Source of the DNA: an uncultured Acidobacteriota bacterium | GTDB lineage: Bacteria; Acidobacteriota; Terriglobia; UBA7540 | Length of the DNA stretch: 64,000 nt | NCBI GenBank assembly: GCA_963804995.1 | Contig: CAWDSK010000003.1 | Coordinates: 704,001 to 768,000 of the forward strand | Reading direction: 5' to 3' | Shown: in pieces, positions 42,352-51,638 of the stretch | Layout of the letters: every line of letters begins with the position of its first letter | Numbering within the stretch: the stretch's first letter is position 1 | The notes under the pieces: model-generated | The model's database searches: none | What the model was told of the DNA's origin: nothing | What the model saw: the letters and a program-made list of their open reading frames with translations, nothing else | Translations under genes and position numbers: made by a program

Positions 42352-42489
42352 GTAGCGCGGACCTCCGCTTTTGAGCTCTTCTCTTGAATAATCGGCAAAT
42401 TTAAAACCTGATCGACTACATCGCCACGCTACCCTCGCTCAAATGACGCACGAAGAACCGCAGACCTCAAAAACGGAGATCTGCGCTAC
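42352..42489. repeat. Degenerate REP doublet, GTAGCGCGGACCTC family
   Basis: Homology to 16290 and 37350 copies. Confidence 0.8.
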
Positions 42490-42576
42490 CCTAGCTCCCC
42501 GCCCTTAGTCTTGCTGCCTTCCGCCTTTCCCGACTCTGTCGGGACTCGCACAAAACTGTCGCTGCCAACTGCCCAC

Positions 42577-42732
42577 TTACACATCCACCGGCGTCTTCAT
42601 GCCTTCGTCAAAGCGATTGGTAAGGTTCGCGGTGGCCACGGCCAAAACCAGTTCCTCGATCTGCTCAATGCTAAAAAACTTGCCGAGCGTTTCGAGGTCC
42701 GCGGGTTGAATGGCTGCGGGCCACGCCGTAAG
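42577..42732 (-). pseudogene. 3' remnant of a carboxymuconolactone decarboxylase/AhpD-like gene
   Basis: Reads LTAWPAAIQPADLETLGKFFSIEQIEELVLAVATANLTNRFDEGMKTPVDV*; cut off by the REP at 42736. Confidence 0.65.
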
Positions 42733-42735
42733 CGG

Positions 42736-42879
42736 GTAGCGCAGACGTAAGCGTTGTTTGCGTTCGTCTGCGGCCCTTCAATGGCCCATGGAATGTCAAC
42801 TATGGATGTTAATGCCGTGGTTGATGTTTCCATGTTAAGAACCGCGGAGGAGGGCAAAAGGCGCCCACCTCCGCGCTAC
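42736..42879. repeat. REP doublet (GTAGCGCAGAC / CCGCGCTAC variant)
   Basis: GTAG+palindrome arms in inverted orientation. Confidence 0.75.
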
Positions 42880-42909
42880 CTGCTTCCGTTCCCTGTTCCC
42901 TGTTCCCTG

Positions 42910-43226
42910 TCACCTGTTCTTGAGTAGATGAACACGATTTTGCCGGGCTCGGGGGTGTCTTCGAGGTCGAGGCCCGTCGCCGCGGCGACTTTACGAAATG
43001 GTCGCGAATGGCTTGGGCGGCGCTGAGTGTGAAGGCTTCGCGGTAGACCTGTCCCGATGTTCTATATCGGGATCAGGCCGTCACCCAGATCCGCTACGAG
43101 GTGGTTTTGGAAGAACGGGCCGCGAGGGTCTTTGGCTGTGCCTATGCACCACTCGCCCATACCGCCACCGAATTTCTGGATGTGTCCCTGGATGTCCGCA
43201 ATAATCTCTGCGCGATTGCTGGGCAT
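42910..43226 (-). pseudogene. Small hypothetical gene disrupted by a 25-nt hairpin insertion
   Basis: MPSNRAEIIADI...GDGL continues as VYREAFTLSAAQAI after removing 43049-43073; a further frameshift follows. Confidence 0.6.
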
Positions 43227-43316
43227 AGTTGTTACCCTCCTCGTACCGACGAACTCGATTTGCACTAAATCGCAGGGCTACGCTCGCCCTGCGCCAGCCG
43301 GCCGCAACCGCCCCCG

Positions 43317-43511
43317 TCACCGACAACTGATCTGCCGCCAGCCACAATATATAAACCAAAGGCCGACCAGGGTGGCAATAGACCTACCCAACCATTTCGG
43401 CATTGGTCGCCCCTTTGATGCGACAAACCCCGTGCTGAAGCTGTCCGCGACCAATCCGAAAACTATTCCGGCCACGCCGAGCACAATGAGAAAAATCCCC
43501 TCCGCCATCAT
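43317..43511 (-). CDS. Small two-TM hypothetical protein
   Basis: MMAEGIFLIVLG...; AAGGGG RBS. Confidence 0.45.
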   Translation of the reverse strand: MMAEGIFLIVLGVAGIVFGLVADSFSTGFVASKGRPMPKWLGRSIATLVGLWFIYCGWRQISCR

Positions 43512-43620
43512 TGCCCCCTTAGTTTGGCGCACCCGGCGTTGGTGGTGACGTTCACGTATGCACCGCCTCCGGCCGCCACAGGACCGCGACCAACCTCTCC
43601 ATAAACTCCGACGCCGGAGC

Positions 43621-43986
43621 GGGTAGCGCAAAGTCTCATGCTCTCCGAGACTCTGCGGCTCTTCCTCAATTCTCCCGCCCCTCGCCGATATTATGTTACT
43701 ATGCATGTTTATTACTTTGCGAACCGCAGAGTGTGAAAGGACCACACTCTGCGCTACCAATCTGCGTCACCTGCATCCGTCTAGGCAAATTCATACCCAC
43801 GTGACCAATCGAGGGTAGCGCAGAGTCTCACGCTTTTCGAGACTCTGCGGCTCGTCCTCAGATACGCCCTGCTCGCCCACATACCTTTGCAGTGCATGTT
43901 TATCAATTCACGAACCGCAGAGTGTGAAAGGGCCACACTCTGCGCTACCAATCTGCGCCACCTGCATCCGTCTAGGCAAATTCATT
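43621..43986 (+). repeat. Diverged tandem duplication (period about 192 bp) of a REP doublet plus flank
   Basis: REP doublets 43623-43757 and 43815-43948, each followed by CAATCTGCG.CACCTGCATCCGTCTAGGCAAATTCAT. Confidence 0.85.
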
Positions 43987-44015
43987 CTCACGGGACGGTC
44001 CCTGGGTACCGACGT

Positions 44016-44352
44016 CCCCGCACACTTCCCCACATCGGTAATCGGCGGTACCAAGTAAGAAGATGAGCCAAATGGCGACTTCGATAATCGCAAATCCGCC
44101 GGACCCCCGAGCCAATCCGCAATCGGAAATCGAAAATCTAAAATTGCCGGACCGCCCAATGCGCCAATTGCCCCCCCCACCGACCCCCAACCCCCGCCGT
44201 GACGCACTTCCCCATATCGGTTATCGGTCGATTCAGGTGAGAAGATGAGCCAAATGTTGATTTCGATAATCGAAAATCGCAAATCACAATTCGCAAATCA
44301 CAATTCGCAAATCACTCAATGGCTTAATGAATCAATGAACCGATGAACCAAT
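44016..44352 (+). repeat. Two copies of the 16870-type dispersed repeat plus heptamer/octamer tracts
   Basis: Homology to 16870-17023; CAAATCA/CAATTCG tracts. Confidence 0.8.
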
Positions 44353-46031
44353 CACCCTTGCATCAGGTCCGCCGTGGGCAAAAATCGGGGCGGCCGGCGA
44401 TGTTTGGTGGCTTGCTCGAAGGCGTACGCCAGCTTGATGAGGGTGGGTTCGCTATACGCTCGGCCGAAGAAGGAAATTCCTACTGGGAGGCCGAAGACGA
44501 AGCCTGCCGGCACGGAAATGTTGGGATATCCGGACACGGCGGCGGGCCGGGAACTTTTTCCTGAGTCGTGGTCTCCGTTGACCAGGTCGGTAACCCAGGC
44601 GGGCCCCGCGGTTTCGGCCACGATGGCGTCCAGACGGAACATGTCCATCAAGGCGTCGATCCCCAGGGTGCGAGTCAGCCGCTGCGCCTTGTCGCGCGCC
44701 TGCAAGTACTCGGGGGTGGTGAGGGGACCTAAGGCCTCCGAGGTCAGAAATCTCTCCTGGCCGAAGTAGGGCATCTCGCGGTCCCGGTGTTCCAGATTGA
44801 AATTGATGACCTCGCGCAGCGAGTGCACGGGGGCGCCCGGCCCGAGTGCGGCCAGGTAAGCGTTCAAATCCGCCTTCAGCTCGTAGTGGAGTAAAGTCTG
44901 CTCCGCACTCTCAAACTGGCCCAGGGTTGGAATGTCCGCGGGATCGATGATTTGCGCGCCCGCCTCCTTCATCGCGGCAATCGCATTAGCAAGCAACTTG
45001 TCGGCGCCGTCACCAAAGGAAAAGGTCTTGCGGGCCACGCCGATGCGCGCGCCCTTTAATCCTGCGGGGTCAAGGAACTGGGTATAATCCGCGTGCGCTT
45101 TGCCGCGACTCTCCACCGTCACGCTGTCCTCAGGATCGATTCCGGTCATCGCGCCCAGCAGAATCGCGGCGTCGGTGACGGTTCGCGCCATGGGGCCCGC
45201 CGTATCCTGGCTGTGGGCGATGGGGACGATTCCTCGGCGGCTGACCAATCCCACCGTAGGCTTGATCCCTACCAATCCGTTTGCCGAGGATGGGCAGGTG
45301 ACGGAGCCGTCCGTTTCCGTGCCTAACGCCACCGCTCCCAGATTCGCCGCGATGGCTGCGCCTGACCCCGCGCTTGAGCCGCTGGGATTGCGGTCGAGAG
45401 CATAAGGGTTGCGCGTCTGGCCGCCGCGGGCGCTCCAACCGCTGGTCGATTGGTAGGAGCGGACGTCCGCCCATTCGCTGAGATTGGCTTTGGCCAATAT
45501 GATGGCGCCCGCTGCGCGCAGCCGCGTGACTACGTGCGCATCCCGCGGCGGGATTGATCCCGCAAGAGCCAGTGAGCCCGCCGTGGTTGTCATGCGATCG
45601 TGTGTGCCAATGTTTTCCTTGAGCAGCACGGGAATTCCATGCAGGGGACCGCGCGGGCCTCGGGCGCGGCGCTCCTCGTCAAGCGCTGTGGCGATGGAAA
45701 TGGCGTCGGGGTTGATTTCAATAATCGCGTTGAGAGCCGGCCCGCGCTTGTCAATCTCGTCGATGCGGGCGAGATATTTCTCCGCAAGGGAACGCGCCGT
45801 GAACTTGCTGGACTGCATTCCAGCTTGAAGATCTCGTAGGGTGATTTCGTCAAGCTCGAAAGGTGCGACGTTTTGCTGGGACACGGGCACGGTGGACATT
45901 TTGGCGTCCCACATGTTCGCACCCGAGGGGCCTGGAGTGCGTTGTCCCACCATAAAGGCCATCATGCCCCCACGCAGGAACATTCTACGGCTATTATCAA
46001 AAGTTTGAGGGTAACGATTATGTTGGCTCAT
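44352..46031 (-). CDS. Amidase-signature family enzyme with probable Tat signal
   Basis: GPLHGIPVLLK, GSSAGS, GTETDGSVTCPS; SRRMFL. Confidence 0.93.
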   Translation of the reverse strand: MSQHNRYPQTFDNSRRMFLRGGMMAFMVGQRTPGPSGANMWDAKMSTVPVSQQNVAPFELDEITLRDLQAGMQSSKFTARSLAEKYLARIDEIDKRGPALNAIIEINPDAISIATALDEERRARGPRGPLHGIPVLLKENIGTHDRMTTTAGSLALAGSIPPRDAHVVTRLRAAGAIILAKANLSEWADVRSYQSTSGWSARGGQTRNPYALDRNPSGSSAGSGAAIAANLGAVALGTETDGSVTCPSSANGLVGIKPTVGLVSRRGIVPIAHSQDTAGPMARTVTDAAILLGAMTGIDPEDSVTVESRGKAHADYTQFLDPAGLKGARIGVARKTFSFGDGADKLLANAIAAMKEAGAQIIDPADIPTLGQFESAEQTLLHYELKADLNAYLAALGPGAPVHSLREVINFNLEHRDREMPYFGQERFLTSEALGPLTTPEYLQARDKAQRLTRTLGIDALMDMFRLDAIVAETAGPAWVTDLVNGDHDSGKSSRPAAVSGYPNISVPAGFVFGLPVGISFFGRAYSEPTLIKLAYAFEQATKHRRPPRFLPTADLMQG

Positions 46032-46624
46032 TAACGTTTACTTTCGGGCATTAGCGGTTTATTCATCTTCAATCAGGACGCTCGAACCTGCTGGCAACAA
46101 TTTGCGGATGCGTTGCCGAATTGTGCCGGGCGTTCCCTCATTCGCAGAACTTTTAATTTCCCGTGATCGAATCCGCGCAAATCAGAAAGCAATAACGCGC
46201 TAGAATCATTCTACGGAGAATTGTTTTTGAAGCAAGTGGAAGCACAAAACAGCTTCACTCAAATCACACTCCTCTGTTTGCCAACTGCGATAAATCGAAA
46301 TTGCTTTGCGCTGAATTCATTGCGCGACTATCCTGATGACAAGATTTTTGGCGGGTGCAATGAGTTCAGTTAGAATATCCCTCCGACAGGAACTAAAATC
46401 CTCAGACGCCGACATCTCCATATGCTGCCCCAGCGGCGGAGGTCAATAGGATGCAAACCCGCGTGACACCCTGCCGTCCGAGGCAAAAGATTCCCAACTC
46501 AGTTGACCTGATGCCCGCACATGCAGAATCGATTGGCGGCGTACCGTTCGCATCCCATACTGGTGCGTTGGCACTTTTCTGCCGCGGCGCTATTGGCTGG
46601 AAAGCGCGGCCGCATAGACTGCGA

Positions 46625-47140
46625 ATGCTGCATGTGGCCGCCCTACTGGGGGCGCTGGTCCTCACGGGTTGCGACAATGCTCCGCAACCCAACGTCACAC
46701 TGTGGATCGACAACGGCAACAGCACGGCGATTCAAGTCCAGATGGACGGCCGAGGCTTGGCCCTCGTCAACCCGGGCGGACGCCTCCAAGTGCAGGTCAT
46801 CCCGGGCCAGCATCGGCTTCGGGCGATTGCCCCGGATGGAACCGTTCAAAGTGAGCTGCTGAAAACTCTGGGCGCAAACGGAAGGTATGTTTACAACCCG
46901 GGGGGCAAGAACGCATACGCCATTGAAACCCGAACCTACGACGTGTCTCCAGGCCAGTACCTGACCATGCCTAACTTCAAGGACCAGGGAAACCCGGAGT
47001 GGGTGGACGCGGGGCGCATCGACTACGTGTTCCAATCCTTTCCCGACAAAGTCGATATACACTACGACCCGACCGATACGCGCACGGGTCCCGTTTTTCA
47101 AGTCAAACGCACGCGCCTGGACCGTCAGCCGTCAAAATGA
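46625..47140 (+). CDS. Hypothetical lipoprotein
   Basis: Lipobox LTGC after a hydrophobic stretch; start uncertain. Confidence 0.6.
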   Translation: MLHVAALLGALVLTGCDNAPQPNVTLWIDNGNSTAIQVQMDGRGLALVNPGGRLQVQVIPGQHRLRAIAPDGTVQSELLKTLGANGRYVYNPGGKNAYAIETRTYDVSPGQYLTMPNFKDQGNPEWVDAGRIDYVFQSFPDKVDIHYDPTDTRTGPVFQVKRTRLDRQPSK

Positions 47141-47379
47141 TGAAAAATCAAAAGTGGCGCAAAGGGGCGGGCGCGCGGAGAATACTCATCCGCACCGGGG
47201 CTTTTATCGATAACTGATGTGGAAAAGTTTGTCACGCGGGCCTGGAAATCGGTAGCTGAGATTATCGGTCCAACGGCAAAAGAGAATTCGAACCGGGTTT
47301 CATGGAACATTGAGAGCTAGCGTACCGCGGGCCTGGATGGGAGGTCCCCGCTACACTTGCTGAGAGGTTGTTGACCCGC

Positions 47380-47802
47380 ATGAAAGAACAGATCGAAGCC
47401 AACGCAGAAATGGTGATCCAGCAGCTCCGTCCGCTCAGCGGAATCGAATTCGGTTACAACCGCGAGTCGGTGGAGTGGCTGGAGGGTTACATTGAGCGCC
47501 TGCGCCAATCGAATGGGCTGCAAGATGAGGCCACTCGGGAGAAACTCACCAGTGTCTTCGGTTCATATCTCGGAGAGTGCATCGTCAGGTGTTACGGAGG
47601 TCGATGGGAACAGCGCGAAGGGGTTTGGTGTATTGCCTTCGATAGCCGTAATGCCGCGTTCCCTTTCGCCAAAGTTGCGAAGCAGATGCAAAACGGCCTG
47701 GAAGACGGCATGGGGAGCTTTTTCACCCTCATCCCAGTCGTGTTTGCGAAATGCCTCGGCGCGCGGCCGTCCGCACGAAAAGCATGGTGGAAATTCTGGT
47801 AA
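47380..47802 (+). CDS. Hypothetical protein, DUF3806/immunity-protein-like
   Basis: G.Y.GE......GG.W, PF.KV.K pattern and C-terminal WWKFW. Confidence 0.55.
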   Translation: MKEQIEANAEMVIQQLRPLSGIEFGYNRESVEWLEGYIERLRQSNGLQDEATREKLTSVFGSYLGECIVRCYGGRWEQREGVWCIAFDSRNAAFPFAKVAKQMQNGLEDGMGSFFTLIPVVFAKCLGARPSARKAWWKFW

Positions 47803-47886
47803 GAGGACTAGGCCCTGGGTTCATGGTTAGCCAAGCGGTGGCTGACTCGAAATCGAGTTATCAACGCCGCCCCCGGGTGCTGCGCC

Positions 47887-49464
47887 TCAGAGTGTCCTCC
47901 AGGATGCAATCAGACGTTTCAGACGATCGTAGGACTCCTTGGGCTGGAATTTCTCATCCACGAATCCGCCGTTCGGAATAAAAGCGGGGTCCGCGAAATC
48001 CCACCAGGTGATCGCCTCCACCTGGGGCTTGCTGTAACAGAGGGTGTAAAACTGCTCGACCCAGTCCGCCTGAACGTGGGCAGTCCATTCCGCACCATGC
48101 CACACGCTCTGATTGCTGATAGTTCCGGGCGCGGGCTTCGCCGAAGGCACACCGAGTTCTGTGATATGGACGGGCTTCCCGAAGCCAAAGAAGCGCTCCA
48201 ACTGTCGCTCAATCTCCAGCATGTCACGCAGCGGGTTATAGAGCTGAACGCCTACGGCTTCATAGGAAACCCGCGCTTCCTCCAGTGCTTGGTAGTACTG
48301 GAGAGGCGTGCGAATGGGCTGGCGCATCACGCCTTTGTAATTCCGGCCCCGGGCGGAGTACTCACCCCAGGGCTGGCAGCAGTTGACCACCCGGAACGCC
48401 GTAGGGTCAGCAACGCGGACGGTGTCCGCAGCCAGGCGCGTCAGGTCCAGCAGTTGCTGCTGGTCAAAGCCCAGTTCGTTGGCCCAGTCGTGCGCTTCGT
48501 TGATCACATCCCAGGCGTGGATGCGCGAGCGGTGCAGACCGACGCTGCGCAGGATGTACTCCCGGCAGCTCTCTTTGATTTGCTCCCAGGATTTGGTTTT
48601 GAGGAATTCCGGAATGCCCGCGTAGTGGAACCAAACCAGCGGATGTCCCTTGCGAAGGATTTCGGTCCCGTCCAGCTTATCGAGGATCGCGTCCGCCCAA
48701 CTGTAATCCACCTTTCCTTCGACCTTCTCTGTCGTCGCGCGATAGAACGGCACGGTGCCGTAGTTGAGCAGTTCGCGGTACAGGCGGGCATACTCATCCG
48801 ATTTCGCGTACCCAAAAGCGTTGCAGCCAAACAGGAAGCCGGGCCGCTGGCCATTGCGGGCGATGTGGTGTCGCGCCCGCTCAACGGCCGCCATCTCCCC
48901 CGCCCACATCGTTTCGGCGAGGGAGTCATTGGAGTGCCTAGCCCGGGTCTGAACCTCGCCAGCTTTTGCCGCCTGGGCGAGCGCCGCTTCGCCGCGGTTC
49001 AGGCGTTCGGTAACACCGCTCGTGAACGCCACCCCCTCGGCCTGGGCGGCGTTCACATATCGCCGGACGAAGGCCGCGCGGCTGCGCGCGAACTCGTAGT
49101 TGAGCAGCAATTCGCCCGCGGTAGAGGGCGGATAGAGCTCGCCCTCGTTGTCCGCGTAAAGGTAAACCTGGCCGAAGTCCCGCACCGGCAACGTCATCAT
49201 CATCTCGAATTTGCCGTTGGGAAGCACGATGCTGGCCGTGCCGTCGCCGCGCACGTCTGGCAGCAGGTGATAGGGCTGTCCCGCGGGGTCGTTGAGGAGA
49301 AGCGTTTTGAGGTGCTCTCCCTCGGCGGGCCTGCCGTCAGCTTCGAAGGCTCGAACTGCGAGGGGCACGTCAGCTCCCCATGCCAGGCTTACCGTGCCCG
49401 CGGCTGCAATAACTCCGCCAGTTTGCCGGAGCCACTGTCGCCGGCTTAGTTTAGAAGCTTTCAT
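47887..49464 (-). CDS. Tat-exported GH10-family glycoside hydrolase
   Basis: SRRQWL; KGHPLVW, WDVINE, HITEL, WWDF. Confidence 0.88.
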   Translation of the reverse strand: MKASKLSRRQWLRQTGGVIAAAGTVSLAWGADVPLAVRAFEADGRPAEGEHLKTLLLNDPAGQPYHLLPDVRGDGTASIVLPNGKFEMMMTLPVRDFGQVYLYADNEGELYPPSTAGELLLNYEFARSRAAFVRRYVNAAQAEGVAFTSGVTERLNRGEAALAQAAKAGEVQTRARHSNDSLAETMWAGEMAAVERARHHIARNGQRPGFLFGCNAFGYAKSDEYARLYRELLNYGTVPFYRATTEKVEGKVDYSWADAILDKLDGTEILRKGHPLVWFHYAGIPEFLKTKSWEQIKESCREYILRSVGLHRSRIHAWDVINEAHDWANELGFDQQQLLDLTRLAADTVRVADPTAFRVVNCCQPWGEYSARGRNYKGVMRQPIRTPLQYYQALEEARVSYEAVGVQLYNPLRDMLEIERQLERFFGFGKPVHITELGVPSAKPAPGTISNQSVWHGAEWTAHVQADWVEQFYTLCYSKPQVEAITWWDFADPAFIPNGGFVDEKFQPKESYDRLKRLIASWRTL

Positions 49465-49517
49465 ATCTCACCTCGTAAGGCCTGCCTGGCGAATACCGCC
49501 GTGGTGACTCGCTACCT

Positions 49518-49928
49518 TCACTTCAAAAAGGGATTCACCGCGCGAACCGTACCATAAAGGCGATGGTGCTCGAAGTCTTCCGATAGCAGTTCGGAAAGGC
49601 CGTAGCATTCGGCATAAGCCCACTCGTGCGCATCGTACCAGGGAAGGTGATACGTGGCCGCACCACGCACGGCCGTGCGTACCAGGGCTTCGTGGGGATA
49701 CAACACTGTAAACTGGGCAAGAAATTCTTCCGCTTCACGGTATGCAGCAGAAGGGGACATCAGAGGAGCCTTGCCGCGCCGCGACCGCGTTACGACAGCA
49801 ACGAATTCTACGATGGCCTGGTGGGGAAGCCGTATCCAGCCTTCCGCCAGCCCCCGTCTGAGCAGTTCCGTGGCAATAGCCTGCTTCCTTGGGGCCGAAG
49901 GATCAAAACGGTAGACAAGGATGTTCGT
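49518..49928 (-). pseudogene. VapC/PIN toxin lacking start codon and first catalytic Asp
   Basis: TNILVYRFD...WYDAH...LLSEDF...VNPF; in-frame stop upstream with no start. Confidence 0.8.
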
Positions 49929-49929
49929 A

Positions 49930-49977
49930 AATAGCCTTGGGAACGGTCAATTGTAACTTGGATGTCACCTTGGCCCT
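49930..49977 (-). pseudogene. N-terminal remnant of an AbrB-family antitoxin
   Basis: Reads (AGG)-AKVTSKLQLTVPKAI, then joins directly to the PIN remnant. Confidence 0.7.
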
Positions 49978-49983
49978 ATCCTT

Positions 49984-50011
49984 ACTGTAACAAGGATAAA
50001 ATCCTTGTCAA
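49984..50011 (-). promoter_or_regulatory. Promoter and operator of the decayed TA operon
   Basis: TTGACA-N16-TACAGT overlapping palindrome ACAAGGAT-AAA-ATCCTTGT (49990-50008). Confidence 0.65.
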
Positions 50012-50241
50012 GCGAGACGGTCTCACCTATTTCAAATGACTCGGCCGGCGGTTAGCTATGCGGGATAAGTCAAGAGGATTTACTCACGGGGCGTTGTATA
50101 CATGTGCAAGTATTGAATTATAAAAAAAGGATTGACACTCCGCCCTTACGTTTATAGTACAATAAGGCTTGCAATCAAATAGGCACGATACCCTACACGG
50201 TCTCCCCGCTCTTGCAGATTTTCTCCTGGGGGAGTGGAGCG

Positions 50242-51087
50242 GTGGAGAGTCCGGTTTTTGAAATATCGACCCAGGATATGGCCCAACCCTTTCCCGCTGT
50301 CACCCAGCAATCGACCGTTGTCCTAAGCGAGCAGGCCGGACTGCGTCTCAAACAAATCCGGGAGCGACTAGGACTGACCCTGCGCCAGGTCGAAGAGGCC
50401 AGTCTGGAAATTGCCGACGCCGAGCGGAGTTCTGAATACGTAGTTTCCACCGCGCGTCTCAACCAGATTGAAAACGACGGTTCCCTGCCCAGCATCTACA
50501 AGTTCTACAGTTTGACGGTGATCTACCGGCTCAGCATCGAGGAGATGATGGGGCTCTACGGAATCAATCTGGCCAAAATGGAGCAACACCGGCACGCCAC
50601 CCTGCAAAGCTCGACGCATCTTTTCACGGTGGAAGTGGGGGATCCCACACGGCCCGTGCGGTTTCCGATCCGCTTCGACCCCGGGTTCCAGCCCGATAAG
50701 ACCGCTTTCCTCTCACGCTTGGTCGACCTCTGGGGTGAGATCCCCGCAGGTTTGCTCACGCAACTCGACCTGAAGAAGTATCGCTATGGTTACATCGGAT
50801 TGGAAGACCGCATGATGGTGCCGGCCTTGAGGCCGGGGTCAGTCGTGCAGGTCGACGAAACGCGGCGCCGCATCGCGAACTCGGGATGGCTAACCGAATA
50901 TGACCGGCCCATCTACTTTCTGGAACTCCGCTATAGCTACGAGTGCTGTTGGTGTTACCAGCGTGGGAAGGAAGTCACCATGCTTCCGCACCCGCTCTCC
51001 CCCTGCGGGCCGCGAACTATCCGGATTCCCGACGATGGGGACGTGCTAGGGCAGGTCGTCGGCGTCGCGATGCGGATCGTGCAGTAA
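50242..51087 (+). CDS. XRE-family HTH regulator with C-terminal S24-like domain (start may be 50278)
   Basis: LKQIRERLGLTL...L.QIEN...PS; M.P.LRPGS.V.VD; GQVVGV. Confidence 0.8.
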   Translation: MESPVFEISTQDMAQPFPAVTQQSTVVLSEQAGLRLKQIRERLGLTLRQVEEASLEIADAERSSEYVVSTARLNQIENDGSLPSIYKFYSLTVIYRLSIEEMMGLYGINLAKMEQHRHATLQSSTHLFTVEVGDPTRPVRFPIRFDPGFQPDKTAFLSRLVDLWGEIPAGLLTQLDLKKYRYGYIGLEDRMMVPALRPGSVVQVDETRRRIANSGWLTEYDRPIYFLELRYSYECCWCYQRGKEVTMLPHPLSPCGPRTIRIPDDGDVLGQVVGVAMRIVQ

Positions 51088-51546
51088 CGGCCAGAGATCG
51101 GTCTCGCGCAGGATTCTCAACATGATCTCGATATTCTTGTCGAACAGTTCCCGCGCCAGGGGATTGCAATTCTCCGGCGGCAGAATCTGATAGGACTTTA
51201 ACCGCCGCCACACCTCAACCAACCGACCTTTGTCTTCCTTGAGCGACTCAAAGAAATCCAACAAATCTTCAGTCTGCTCTTTCAACGGCAAGGCCACCAG
51301 CTCTTCGAAAACCCGCACGTGACATTGTTGCAAACCCTCGTCCACAGTGGCCGGGGCGTAACGCGACTCCAGTCCGTAGTGGTGATAGCGGCCCGTGTTG
51401 TAGTCGCGCAGAGAGGCAATATAAACCAGCCGGCTGAATTGGGTTCCGAGCGCCGCCAGAGTGCGATCTTCAAAATCCCGCACGAGGCGATCAATTTCCC
51501 GCTGGACGGCTACGGGCTCCTGCTCGCTGTTCTGATCGTTCGACAT
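51046..51546 (-). CDS. Hypothetical helical protein, convergent with and overlapping the XRE gene by 42 bp
   Basis: Protein-like composition; RLVYIASLRDYNTGRYHHYGL. Confidence 0.7.
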   Translation of the reverse strand: MSNDQNSEQEPVAVQREIDRLVRDFEDRTLAALGTQFSRLVYIASLRDYNTGRYHHYGLESRYAPATVDEGLQQCHVRVFEELVALPLKEQTEDLLDFFESLKEDKGRLVEVWRRLKSYQILPPENCNPLARELFDKNIEIMLRILRETDLWPLLHDPHRDADDLP

Positions 51547-51638
51547 AACCGATGGCCATGGAAAGAAACTTCGCCTCGCGGCGTAAGCCGCCGCGCGTCT
51601 ATGAGGATTATACACATTGAATCCCTTCACGGCAGCTT

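Noticed and set aside
43621..44352. Possible CRISPR or ncRNA array; ORFs 43908-44282 and 43972-44190
   Set aside because: Explained by REP doublets and dispersed repeats; the ORFs are translated repeat sequence
50132..50163. Sigma70 promoter for the XRE gene
   Set aside because: TTGACA is present but good -10 hexamers sit at 15 or 20 bp spacing, so it was not called
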